Positions 19,888 through 30,312 of a stretch of 64,000 nt of DNA are shown piece after piece. Numbering within the stretch: the first letter of the stretch is position 1; each line of letters begins with the position of its first letter. The position numbers and the translations under genes were made by a program. This DNA comes from a bacterium (GTDB taxonomy: Bacteria > Patescibacteriota > Minisyncoccia > JAHIHE01), in contig JAUYBG010000010.1 of the NCBI GenBank assembly GCA_030693205.1, positions 130,059 to 194,058 on the forward strand. The letters are read 5' to 3'. The notes beneath the pieces were generated by a model. It did not search any database. It was given only the letters and a program-made list of their open reading frames with translations, and had not been told where the DNA came from.

Positions 19888-20204
19888 TATTCCACCACCA
19901 GTGTTGTAATAAACACAGCCCAAATTATCGCGGTAACTCCATATATTATATTATTTCCAAAGCCTGAATAATAAGCTGCCGCGCTTATCGCCCCTGAAGA
20001 AATCACAAGGAATATTAACGGCGCAAGTATTACTTTTGGGTATTTTGATATCTTAATACCCTCTTCTTCCGCTATTTGCTGAACAGACCTGTGCCGCACA
20101 AGAACACTGTTTTCTTCTCCATTTTTTGGTTTCTCCGCCTTCTTCGCTTCTCCTTGCTCCCTGTTCAGTCTATCCAGTTCGCTTTCTTTTTCTTTTTCAG
20201 CCAT
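19887..20204 (-). CDS. Small two-TM membrane protein
   Basis: GGAGG RBS; its stop overlaps the SPFH start (TAATG). Confidence 0.6.
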   Translation of the reverse strand: MAEKEKESELDRLNREQGEAKKAEKPKNGEENSVLVRHRSVQQIAEEEGIKISKYPKVILAPLIFLVISSGAISAAAYYSGFGNNIIYGVTAIIWAVFITTLVVE

Positions 20205-20418
20205 ATTTCTTCCTCCATTACATTCATTTCAATTATTTTCATTCTTTTCCTAATCAATTCCAGCATTTTTTCGAATGCCAACATTCTTTCTTTTGCATCC
20301 TCTAAATTGTAAAGAGCATGATTTTCCCACTTTCTGCCGGTTTTTGCTTTAAAAATAAGCAAATAAAAACTGGCAGTTTGTGGACTTACCAGTATAGCAT
20401 AAAATAGCGATTTGTCAA

Positions 20419-21396
20419 TTAGTTTATGAATTTTTCGCGCATTTTCAGCCAATCTTCCATGCCTAACTCCTGCGCGCGGGTTTTATCGCTAAAACCAAGC
20501 GTTTTTAGCGATTCGCGGACTTCGGTTGGTTTAAGGCGAAGTCCGGCCGCTAAATTATTCGCCAAAGTTTTCCTCCGGCTGGAAAACCCGATTTTCACCA
20601 ATCGCCAAAAAGATTTTTCTCCTTCTTTACTTGCGGCTTGCCGCAAAAATAAAGGGGGGAACCCTTCGGAGCCTTGCTTGTCCGCCGAAACTTTAGTGAA
20701 GGCGGGGCGAAGGAGGGTGGATTGTTTTGATAAAACTTTACTGTCTTTATTCACGACAATTTTCAAGATCGCTGATTCCACTTTTGGCGCCGGCCAAAAA
20801 GACTCCGGTTTCACGATCTCTACCACGCTTGGCGTGCCATAGAATTGGACAAAAACAGAAATGACCGACATTTGCCCCGGCTCGGCGGAAATTCGCTCCG
20901 CCACTTCGCGCTGGACCAGAAAAACTATTTCCTCCGGCCTCGTCTCCGCCGTAAGAATTTTTCTCAATACCGGCGAAGTGATGTAATAAGGGATGTTTGA
21001 TACGACTTTATACTTGCTTGGACATTCAATGTCCAAGTTGGACTTGGACATTGAATGTCCAAGCAGCAACTTTTCAAGATCAACCTCCAAAAAATCATCA
21101 TTGATAATCTTCAAACTTTTAAATTCTTTTAAATTTTCTTCCAGCACGGGGATCAGGTCTTTGTCTTTTTCGATCGCCACTACATTCGCGCCTTTGGCAA
21201 GCAGAGCTTCTGTCAAAACTCCCAATCCCGGGCCAATCTCGATCACATTGTCGCCTTCCTTGATATTTGCGGTGGCAATAATTTTTTCCAAAACTTTTTC
21301 ATCAATCAAAAAATTCTGCCCAAGAAATTTATTGGGAGCGAAATTATGCTTTTTAAGCAGGCTTTGAATTGTATCGGGATTGGTTAAATCGAACAT
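20419..21396 (-). CDS. rsmA: 16S rRNA dimethyltransferase RsmA/KsgA, with two in-frame insertions
   Basis: GQNFLID, IEIGPGLG, VSNIPYYITS, FWPAPKVES and FSSRRKTLANNL motifs. Confidence 0.96.
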   Translation of the reverse strand: MFDLTNPDTIQSLLKKHNFAPNKFLGQNFLIDEKVLEKIIATANIKEGDNVIEIGPGLGVLTEALLAKGANVVAIEKDKDLIPVLEENLKEFKSLKIINDDFLEVDLEKLLLGHSMSKSNLDIECPSKYKVVSNIPYYITSPVLRKILTAETRPEEIVFLVQREVAERISAEPGQMSVISVFVQFYGTPSVVEIVKPESFWPAPKVESAILKIVVNKDSKVLSKQSTLLRPAFTKVSADKQGSEGFPPLFLRQAASKEGEKSFWRLVKIGFSSRRKTLANNLAAGLRLKPTEVRESLKTLGFSDKTRAQELGMEDWLKMREKFIN

Positions 21397-21694
21397 AGTT
21401 TAAAATTTTCAATTTTCAAATCCCAAATCTCAATGAAATCACAATGAACTAATTTTCAAATTGAACATTTAATCATTGAAAATTCATTGTAAATTGGTAC
21501 TTGGTGCTTGAAAATTACAAAAAATCAATTTATATTATTTTTACTAAAAGACTCATTAATTTACCATACGACGACATAACAATCTTATCCTCGATCAAGC
21601 CCTTGACTTTTCCCTTAATTTACCCTAACCTATCAATAATAGCAAGGAGAAAATCGTGAATCTTTGCACATTACAACATATAGGAGGTGAAATT

Positions 21695-22096
21695 ATGAAA
21701 ATTTTAGAAAAAGGAAAAGATGTCGAATGGAAGCGAGAAATTGTGTGTACACACTGTAAATCTAAGCTAGAAATAAATGCCGATGATATTTTCTACTCTA
21801 GCCGCTATTCACCAATTGGAAGTAACGGTTGCCAAGAGTACAGTATAAGCTGTCCTACTTGTAATATTCCCAAACTGTTACTTTTTGACAGCGAGAATGG
21901 TGTAATTATAATAGATATTCCTGCACACATAAGGCTCCGCGCTAAAAATCGCTACCTCAAAGCCAAAAATATAGAAGCAAAAAATATAGAAGCAAAAAAA
22001 GAAAGCACCACAGGAAACCGACTCGTGTACTTCGTGGTACTAGTGATATTTGTTATATTATTCATCGCCTTCTATGCAAATGGTTTTGCAATATAG
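21695..22096 (+). CDS. Hypothetical Zn-ribbon protein with C-terminal TM helix
   Basis: AGGAGGT RBS, two CxxC motifs, short AKNIE tandem repeat. Confidence 0.65.
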   Translation: MKILEKGKDVEWKREIVCTHCKSKLEINADDIFYSSRYSPIGSNGCQEYSISCPTCNIPKLLLFDSENGVIIIDIPAHIRLRAKNRYLKAKNIEAKNIEAKKESTTGNRLVYFVVLVIFVILFIAFYANGFAI

Positions 22097-22168
22097 AAAA
22101 ATATAAGTTATCTCATTAAACCTAAGCCCCCAACTTAGGTCTTTTTTTTATCCAATTTTTACATCATC

Positions 22169-22552
22169 TGTCTTCCCGAACTTGTTTCGGGATCTATTGT
22201 TTTTTAGCATTAAATGCCGCCACACATCTTAAAAGCGAAGCCAATCATTTTTGTATGCATTAAAAGAAGCCCTATGCAGACAGAAATGGTTGACGAGCTT
22301 GAAACATCAAATAAATATTGAAATTCTTTATCAACTAATTAGTTTCTGTTGAAATAGTCCTTGTTTTCTGTCATTCCGATTTGCCCGCAGGCGAAGAGGA
22401 ATCCCTTGGACATGTAAAATAGCAAGTATAAGCGATTTCTCTCCGCCCACTGGCGGATCGAAATGACAAATTTGTTTATTTTTGCCATAACAGAAAAAAT
22501 TATCACTATTTCAACAGGAACTAATTAGACACTGAAACAAGTTCAGCATGAC
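22169..22552. repeat. Nested REP-like/MITE cluster
   Basis: Outer arms resemble the element at 38838-38919. An inner 24-bp inverted repeat (22335-22358 / 22505-22528) encloses another GTCATT...AATGAC element. Confidence 0.65.
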
Positions 22553-22578
22553 AAAAATTTAAAATAATTCAAATTTCA

Positions 22579-23623
22579 GGCTTAATAGTTAATTTGGGTG
22601 CCTAAAAACTTCAATTTATGGCATACTATAGATAAAAAGTTAATCTAATCTATAATTAATTTTAAATCTATAGTATGTCATTTAAAAAAAGTGTATATAT
22701 TGCGGCTGTTCCAAGGCAATTAAAAAGGGTAAAAGAAATGGAGTTTGGCGATATAAATGTTCTGTTTGTAACAAAAATTTTCAAAGCAAACGAAGAAAAT
22801 CCAGATTGCAGAATAAGCTTTGGAAAGAATATGTTTGCGGAAAACAAACCTTAAAAGATTTATCAGCCAAATATCATCGAGGTAAAAAATGGATAAATCG
22901 GCAATTAAATTCAGTAAAAATTTCTCCAAATGATTTGCCAAAACCTCAACCGATTGTAATCATCGCCGATGTCACTTTTTTTGAAAGAAGCTACGGAGTC
23001 GCGGTGATCAGAGAACCGAATTTAAAGAAAAATATTTATTGGAAAGAAGTATCAACAGAAACTCCGGAAATTTACTGGCAAGCCAGAACTCAAATCGAAC
23101 AGCTGGGTTTTATTCTAAAAGGAGCGGTAATCGACGGTAAAAGAGGCGTTAAAGAGGTGTTTTTGGATCTTCCGGTGCAGATGTGCCACTTCCATCAAAT
23201 AGCCATTATCAATCGATATTTAACCAGAAAACCAAAACTGGATGCGGGCAAGGAATTAAGAAAAATTACACTAACGCTAACCGATTCATCTGAAAAAAAA
23301 TTTACTGCCTTATTGGATAACTGGCATGAAAAATGGAAAGATTTTTTAAGAGAAAAATCATTCAATCCTGAAACTCAAAAATTGCATTACACTCACAAAA
23401 GATTAAGATCGGCCTTTCGAAGCTTAAAAACAAATCTGCTTTACCTTTTTACTTACCAAAAATATCCTGAATTAAAAATCCCAAATACTACCAATTCCTT
23501 AGACGGAACATTTTCCTATTTCAAAACTTTACTGAGAATTCATCGAGGAATGAACAAGACCAAAAGATACAAAGCAATATGCGAGATACTTAAAAATTAA
23601 GCACCCTAATTGACCATTAAACC
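22579..23623 (+). mobile_element. IS256-family (Zn-binding variant) insertion sequence, copy 1
   Basis: Imperfect ~23-bp TIRs (ggcttaatagttaatttgggtgc / gcaccctaattgaccattaaacc); 8-bp target duplication aaatttca on both sides; 1045 bp long. Confidence 0.9.
22675..23600 (+). CDS. IS256-variant DDE transposase (needs a -1 frameshift near the start)
   Basis: ADVTFF, VIDGKRG, QMCHFHQ and PNTTNSLDG motifs; a CxxC...CxxC finger lies in frame from 22692. Confidence 0.85.
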
Positions 23624-23657
23624 AAATTTCATGATTCATGCTTCATGATTCTATTTC

Positions 23658-25640
23658 CTAAAACCCTAACTCTTCCTCCACCCTCTCCATCAAATGATCC
23701 GGGATCTCGCGCAGGAAGCGCGACGGCGCGTTGGCCTGCATAATATCGCCCAGGTTCCGGCGCTGGCTAAGCAACAAATAAAGTTTTTCTTTGGCGCGGG
23801 TTATGCCGACATAGAGCAATCTCCGCTCTTCCTCGAGCTGGTTAATATCGGCGAGGCTTCTCGAGTGCGGCAAAATGCCTTCCTCGAGCCCGACAATAAA
23901 CACCACCTTGAACTCCAAACCTTTCGCCGAATGCAAGGTCATCAGATTGATCGCGTCATCGTGGATTTTGCGCCCTGTTTCTTCAAAAAGCGACGCTTCC
24001 GCCAAAAATTCCACCAAAGCTTCTTTCAAAGGCAGTTTGGCGTATTTTTTCGCCACCGCGATCAATTCTTTCAAGTTTTCTATTTTTTCCTCGCTCGAGG
24101 GCGAGGCAGCCGCCAAATATTTCGCGTAATCTATTTTTACTAAAATTTTCTTGATCGCTTTTTCCAAATTTAAGTCCTCGCTATTCTTGATCTCCGAGAT
24201 CAAACCGGCAAATTTTTTCACGCTCTCCGCAACTTTCGCGCCAAGCCCAAGCTCTTCCAGATCGGTTTTCTTAACCCAAGAGGTCAGATTTCCCCCGCTT
24301 TTCTCCAAACTCTTGAATATTATTTTCTCGCTTTTTTCGCCGATGCCGCGCGCCGGCACATTGATCACCCGCGCCAAGCTGACCAAATCGCTGGGATTCT
24401 GGATAATTTTCAAATACGACAAAATATCTTTTACTTCGCGCCGGGAATAAAATCTCACTCCGCCCACGATCCTGTATGGCAAAGCTTCGTTGATAAAAGA
24501 TTCTTCGATTATCCGCGACTGGGCATTAGTGCGATAAAAAACCGCGCAATCCCTGAAACTGATCTTTTCCTCTTTGGGTTTTTTAGCTGACTCGATGATC
24601 AGGCTTTGGATAGTCCGGGAAATAAAATTCGCCTCGCCTCTCGAGTCCGCAGCTTCATAAATAAAAAGCGGATGGCCTTCGATCTTCTGCGAATAGATCT
24701 TTTTGTCATGGCGCAAGACATTTTTTGAGATCAGCCCTTGAGCCGCGTCGAGTATGCGCTGGGTTGACCGGTAGTTCTCTTCCAGGAAGATCATCTTGGC
24801 TTCCGGCCAGTCTTTTTCAAAAGCCAGGATATTCCTGATATCCGCGCCCCGCCAGGAATAGATCCCCTGATCCGTATCGCCGACCACGCAAATATTCCTG
24901 TTCGCGCCGGCCAGCATCTTGATCAAAGTATATTGAGCCAGATTGGTGTCCTGATATTCGTCAACCATAATATGAAAAAATCTGTCCTGATATTTTTTTA
25001 AGATATCTTTGTTATCCTTAAAAAGCTCGTGGAGCTTGCAGATCAGATCGTCAAAATCCAAAGCATTATTTTTCTTGAGATTTTCCTGATAGCGCGCGTA
25101 GATCTTCGCCACCTGCTCCTGCCAAAGCCCGTGCGCCTGCTCCTGGAATTGTTTTTCGCCGATCAGCTCGTTTTTTGCCCCGGAAATCGCATATTTTATC
25201 GAAGTCGGACTGAATTGTTTGGGATTGATCTCGAGCGCCTCCATTGTCTTCTTGATCTGAGATATCGAATCGTCCTCGTCATAGATCACAAAATCCGATT
25301 TCATTCCCAGATGCTTGGCTTCCCGGCGCAAAACCATATTGCCGAATGAGTGGAATGTCCCGATTACGGGCATGCTGTCTTGAGCGTCTTCATTTTTTCC
25401 GCCACTAAGCAATTTCCTAAGCCGGATCCTCATTTCTTCCGCCGCCTTATTGGTAAAAGTCACTCCCAGAATTTGATCCGGATTTATATGCTGCTCTTTT
25501 ATAAGATAAGCAACCCGGTGGGTCAAAACCCGGGTTTTACCCGAACCCGGACCGGCCACGATCAAAAGAGGTCCGCTTGGGTGCGTCACCGCCTCGCGCT
25601 GTTTTTCGTTCAAGCCTTCCAAGATATCTGAAATTGGCAT
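23658..25640 (-). CDS. pcrA: UvrD/PcrA ATP-dependent DNA helicase
   Basis: AGPGSGKT, VDEYQDTN, ENYRST, TLHSAKGLEF and EEERRLLYVGITRA motifs. Confidence 0.95.
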   Translation of the reverse strand: MPISDILEGLNEKQREAVTHPSGPLLIVAGPGSGKTRVLTHRVAYLIKEQHINPDQILGVTFTNKAAEEMRIRLRKLLSGGKNEDAQDSMPVIGTFHSFGNMVLRREAKHLGMKSDFVIYDEDDSISQIKKTMEALEINPKQFSPTSIKYAISGAKNELIGEKQFQEQAHGLWQEQVAKIYARYQENLKKNNALDFDDLICKLHELFKDNKDILKKYQDRFFHIMVDEYQDTNLAQYTLIKMLAGANRNICVVGDTDQGIYSWRGADIRNILAFEKDWPEAKMIFLEENYRSTQRILDAAQGLISKNVLRHDKKIYSQKIEGHPLFIYEAADSRGEANFISRTIQSLIIESAKKPKEEKISFRDCAVFYRTNAQSRIIEESFINEALPYRIVGGVRFYSRREVKDILSYLKIIQNPSDLVSLARVINVPARGIGEKSEKIIFKSLEKSGGNLTSWVKKTDLEELGLGAKVAESVKKFAGLISEIKNSEDLNLEKAIKKILVKIDYAKYLAAASPSSEEKIENLKELIAVAKKYAKLPLKEALVEFLAEASLFEETGRKIHDDAINLMTLHSAKGLEFKVVFIVGLEEGILPHSRSLADINQLEEERRLLYVGITRAKEKLYLLLSQRRNLGDIMQANAPSRFLREIPDHLMERVEEELGF

Positions 25641-26189
25641 AATAAATATATTTTATAATTTTCAAACAATATTCTAATTATAGGCTACTTTCAAATATTA
25701 TTCAACTACCCTCTATATTATCAGATTTCCTGTTTTTACTATTGACAGAATTAGCTTTTTATAGCGTAATATGCTTTTTGGTGGATAACTTGGGCACTTT
25801 CCGTGGTTAAAACCCGTTAAATTTATTGTTTTTATGTCTATTCTTCTTTTATCCAAAAGGAAAACAGCGCAATAATGGTTTTCTCCTTGACTTCATTTTC
25901 CCCTATGGTATACTAATTGACATTGGGAGTTGCTTATACATTTTAGAGATCAAACGCCCCTATCCTATAAGATAAGGATAAAGAGCGGCGCATTAATCTG
26001 ATATAATTAATCTTATAATATCTTATCGGCTATCTGACCCCGAACCGATCATACATTTCTGGATTATTTAAAAAAATAGATAGACTTTAAGATAAAGAAG
26101 GACTTAAAAGTATCGGTATTTTATTTTTAGCGAAAAAATTAATAAAAAATATAGTTAACGCCTCGATTAGCCTTCTCCAAAGAGGGGTC

Positions 26190-27287
26190 TTGAAGATAAC
26201 TGTCGCAAGCATGGCAATCGGCGTTATTTTAGTTAACCAAGGACTGGCTATGAATCCCGCGGGAAACAATAGTCTTTTTAATTATACCGGTTCCGGATTG
26301 GGCGGATCGGAAGAGCAGATCACCGAAAGCGGATTGATCAACACTATAAATTATTATGTCGGCTTGTCTTCAGGAAAAGAATATGTCGGCTTCGATGCTT
26401 CCCTTATCCCTCCTGATTCCGAGCTTAACAGCGCCGCGAATTCCGGTACGGATAATTTTTATGACGATGTGGCAATAGTAATAATAAATAATCACTCGCT
26501 TATTGCTTCGGCAAATTTTTCCGAAAGCGTGAATGCAAAGAAAAGGGAAGTTTTTGTTTACGAGGTTAAATCCGGCGATACGCCGAGCGCCATCGCGGAT
26601 TCATTCGGTATTTCCACCAATACCATGCTCTGGGCCAATAATCTTGATCTGTCCAGCGCCACCAAGATCAAACCGGGCGACAAACTGGTCATTCTTCCGA
26701 TAAGCGGAGTGCGTCATGTAATTAAAAAAGGCGAAACCGTCGCCACGATCACCAAAAAATACTCCGCTGATAAAGAAGAGATCCTGGCTTACAATTCTCT
26801 CAAGGAAGGGGATGCCTTGGAAACTGATTCTATCCTGATCATACCCGATGGCAAGATGCCGGCTCCTCCGGCGCCAAAAAAACCGAAAGTTATTTTGGCT
26901 TCTATCTCAAAAAACAACGAGGATTTAAATAATATCAATACTGTCGCCGGCGATGATTATTCCCCGGCCCAAGGCCGTCGTTTCCCGTGGGGTCAATGCA
27001 CTTATTATGTCGCTATCCGCCGCTATGTACCATGGAACGGACACGCTAAATACTGGCTGGCGAACGCCAGAGCTTATGGGTTCAAAACCGGTAATACCCC
27101 GCAAGTAGGCGCTATCGTAGCTACCACGGAAAATCCGCGCTATGGACACGTGGCTTATGTAGAAGCGGTCAATAACGACAAAATCACGATCTCCGAAATG
27201 AATTTTGTTGGTTTGGGAATTAAATCAGTCAGAGTTATGTCGGTCAATAATCCGGTGATCAGGGGTTATATTTACGACAAAGAATAA
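26190..27287 (+). CDS. LysM + CHAP domain peptidoglycan hydrolase
   Basis: Two LysM repeats, FPWGQCTYYV and YGHVAYVE..ISEMN motifs. Confidence 0.9.
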   Translation: MKITVASMAIGVILVNQGLAMNPAGNNSLFNYTGSGLGGSEEQITESGLINTINYYVGLSSGKEYVGFDASLIPPDSELNSAANSGTDNFYDDVAIVIINNHSLIASANFSESVNAKKREVFVYEVKSGDTPSAIADSFGISTNTMLWANNLDLSSATKIKPGDKLVILPISGVRHVIKKGETVATITKKYSADKEEILAYNSLKEGDALETDSILIIPDGKMPAPPAPKKPKVILASISKNNEDLNNINTVAGDDYSPAQGRRFPWGQCTYYVAIRRYVPWNGHAKYWLANARAYGFKTGNTPQVGAIVATTENPRYGHVAYVEAVNNDKITISEMNFVGLGIKSVRVMSVNNPVIRGYIYDKE

Positions 27288-27474
27288 GTCATCCTTATTT
27301 ATCAAAATATTTTGCGAATTTAAAAAATACACCTCAAAAGGTGTTTTTTGTTATTTTAAAATTTAGATGTTTTGAGCAAAAAAATAAGCCGAAATTATTG
27401 TTCTTTTAATTCAGCTTTTCAAATGTTTATTTTTACTTGCTTGTTGCTTTTCTATTTTTCACCTCTGCTAATTT

Positions 27475-29343
27475 CTAGTTTTGCCATTTATTCATCAGCG
27501 GGTATCTGTCTCTGCTGCTGCCTCCGGGTATTGGATATGGAGTATTGCCAATGCCGTCGCCATTCAAATCTATGCCTGTATAATCGCTGTAATAGTTGCC
27601 TACAGTGCCATTGTCCCATTGATTGCTGCTTGTGTCATAACCATTATAGCTATTGCTAACAAGATTATTTTGGTAAACTTTGTTGTAGATAGAAGCTTCC
27701 AAAACGATCCCATAGCTATTATTCGAGGCGCTGTTGCCATTCACTGTATTGTTGTTGCTGGAATACCATATATAAATACCGTTACGGTGGTTATTCGATA
27801 CATTGTTGTCAATCAATGTGTTGTTGCTGGAAGAATACAGAAAGATACCGTCAACATTGTTTGAACTGACATTATTACCGATCAATGTATTGTTATTGTT
27901 TCCGCCTTCCATCAGAATGCCGTGGGCATTGTTTGAACTAACATTATTGCCAATCAGCATATTATTGCTGGAATACGCCATATAGATACCAAAATGATTA
28001 TTCGGGCCGGCATTGTTGCCAAAGAGCGTATTGTTGTTTGAAACAATCCAAATTCCTGCTCCTGAAGAGCTGGTATTAGTCGCGGTAAATCCTTCAAGAG
28101 TGATTCCGTCCGCGGAAAGCGTGATCGCACTTCCACTGCTATGGGCATCTACGACAGGATTTCCAATTCCCTTCAATGTTAACTGCTTATTTACATTCAC
28201 GTTTTCATAATACGTGCCGCTGTAAACATCAATCTCATCTCCCGTGTTCGCATCATTGATGGCTGCCTGAATACTTGCGTAGTCAGTATTTTTATTGACA
28301 TTATGCACAGGTCCGGTGGGTGCTGGTGTGGGCGTTGGTGTCGGGGTCGGTGTTGGAGGCGGTGCTGGCGCGCTGATGGTGAAATATCCATCGCTGGTAT
28401 CGGTACGTTTTGAGTTTTCCATACTCGTAACAATTACCTTGTAGTCTGTTCCTGTCTCATGGGTGGCAGGAATAGTCCAAAGATACGAACCATCGCCGTT
28501 ATAGTCTGTTGGGACAAATATAGCAATGAGTTCGGTTAACAAGGGAGAAGAACCTTTTTGAAGTTCAATTTTTACTGATGTTGTCTGCTTTCCTGTATAC
28601 TTCCACTGGATCTTTTGCTCGCTTTCAACCGGCCAGTTTTCTCCGCCGTTGGGAGAGAGAACTACAATCTTTTGTTTTGGCGGGATTGGAGGTGTTTTTG
28701 GCATTACCACAACAACAGAACCACCAGCACGTCTGGCATTACAATTTTCTGCACTTTTGCAAGTCATGGCATCCCAAAACTCGCTATTAAGATAATATTT
28801 ACTACTGCCCTTAGATGTTCCTGGATCATTAACTATTATATGAGTGGCATTATATCCCGTTACTACGACAAAATGCCCATCTGCATAATTATATCCTCTG
28901 TTTGAAAGATATTTTGCTGTTATAGATACAATAATAGGATGACCACTATCAATTTCTTGTTTAATCTTGTCTATTGTCCATCCTTTGTCTTGGTAACTAT
29001 CCGTGAATCCTCCATATTCTTTAGCTAAAACTTCTAGTATTGAGGTAGTTGTAGCTGCCCCATTGTAGTTGTTTATTGGCTGTTTTTTGCCATATGTTTT
29101 ATTAAGCCAATCGTCTATATCTTTAATTCCCTGTTCGGTTGGAATAGTGCCATTATAATATGAGAACACCATCAACGAGGAAGTTTGTCCGCAGTTTTGA
29201 GTTCCTGTTGTTCCTGGTGGAACTTGTGCTTTAAATAGCACTTCAAGTGGATTACTATACGCCGCTCCTACCATAGAAAGCAGTATTAATACAGTTATGG
29301 CATAAGCCAATATTCCTATTCTTTTTCTAATCAATTCTTTCAT
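27475..29343 (-). CDS. Secreted protein: C39-like peptidase, Ig-like domain, PT linker, NosD/CASH beta-helix
   Basis: NCGQTS..GHFVVVTGY..VNDP; SPNGGENW; PTPTPT; SIQAAINDA..GTYYENV; DLNGDGIGNTPY. Confidence 0.85.
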   Translation of the reverse strand: MKELIRKRIGILAYAITVLILLSMVGAAYSNPLEVLFKAQVPPGTTGTQNCGQTSSLMVFSYYNGTIPTEQGIKDIDDWLNKTYGKKQPINNYNGAATTTSILEVLAKEYGGFTDSYQDKGWTIDKIKQEIDSGHPIIVSITAKYLSNRGYNYADGHFVVVTGYNATHIIVNDPGTSKGSSKYYLNSEFWDAMTCKSAENCNARRAGGSVVVVMPKTPPIPPKQKIVVLSPNGGENWPVESEQKIQWKYTGKQTTSVKIELQKGSSPLLTELIAIFVPTDYNGDGSYLWTIPATHETGTDYKVIVTSMENSKRTDTSDGYFTISAPAPPPTPTPTPTPTPAPTGPVHNVNKNTDYASIQAAINDANTGDEIDVYSGTYYENVNVNKQLTLKGIGNPVVDAHSSGSAITLSADGITLEGFTATNTSSSGAGIWIVSNNNTLFGNNAGPNNHFGIYMAYSSNNMLIGNNVSSNNAHGILMEGGNNNNTLIGNNVSSNNVDGIFLYSSSNNTLIDNNVSNNHRNGIYIWYSSNNNTVNGNSASNNSYGIVLEASIYNKVYQNNLVSNSYNGYDTSSNQWDNGTVGNYYSDYTGIDLNGDGIGNTPYPIPGGSSRDRYPLMNKWQN

Positions 29344-29620
29344 CTTTTATCACCTTTTTCTTATATTGTCTTTTGTTCGTCTGTCGATACCATCGGAATC
29401 TATTAGATTCGTCATTTTTTGTTTCTTGATTGTAGGGTACATTTTCCTCTTTTTATCACTTTTTACTCTTCAATTTAGTGATAATGAATATCGTACCACA
29501 ATTTTCTGTAATGTCAAGCAAAAGACAGATGTTACTAAGTTGATAGTGTTTAAAATCCACAAATTAAAAAAGCGAAATTGTTTCGCTTTTTTAAAAATCA
29601 TTATAATATTAGATAAAGTT

Positions 29621-30214
29621 TTATTTAGTAAATTCAAAAGTAAAAAGAATTTGATCAAAAGTTTTATTATATCCTAAGTTTGAATCAAAATGATATAAAA
29701 TATTTTCTTTCGCAACAAACCAATGAGGTGTGCCACAGCCCAGCTCAAAACCATCACAAATAGAAATTATTTTTAATCCCTGGGTACCTCCGATCATTAA
29801 TAATTCTTTAGTAAAATTTATTCCATCCTGGCCAAACTCGGGTTTTATTAATTGAAGGAGATCGGATCCTGCTTTAATAGTTATAATTTTTATTCCCAGA
29901 GCGCTTGCATATGGACCAGGTACGCTTTCTGGTATTTCTTCGTTCGGCTGAATAAAAATATCTGAGGGACTATCAGAATAGAGATACCATCCTACTGGAT
30001 ATTTTATTTCAAACCCAATATCTTCATTCCTATAAGTCTTCCAGTCCGAAATATCAACAACAGGCGTTGGTTCTACTGTCGGTTGCACAACAACCGGCGA
30101 ATAATTTTTAAACGCAGGAAGATAGACGACAATAATCAGCGCTGTAATAAAAGCGAATAAAATAATGACAAAAATTAATAGTGATTTTATAGATGATAAT
30201 TTATTTTCAGCCAT
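29621..30214 (-). CDS. Membrane-anchored PsbP-like hypothetical protein
   Basis: TM helix, SDWKTYRNEDIGFEIKYPVGW motif, FDQILFTFEF ending. Confidence 0.7.
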   Translation of the reverse strand: MAENKLSSIKSLLIFVIILFAFITALIIVVYLPAFKNYSPVVVQPTVEPTPVVDISDWKTYRNEDIGFEIKYPVGWYLYSDSPSDIFIQPNEEIPESVPGPYASALGIKIITIKAGSDLLQLIKPEFGQDGINFTKELLMIGGTQGLKIISICDGFELGCGTPHWFVAKENILYHFDSNLGYNKTFDQILFTFEFTK

Positions 30215-30312
30215 AAATTATTTTAACAATTATGTTTTCATTCTAGCATAGGAAAATTAGAATATCAATAACTTGATAACTCTAATTATAGCTTAGATTA
30301 AAAACACTTGCT

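Noticed and set aside
20165-20452. 95-aa ORF
   Set aside because: Overlaps both neighbours and has no recognisable motif; left uncalled.
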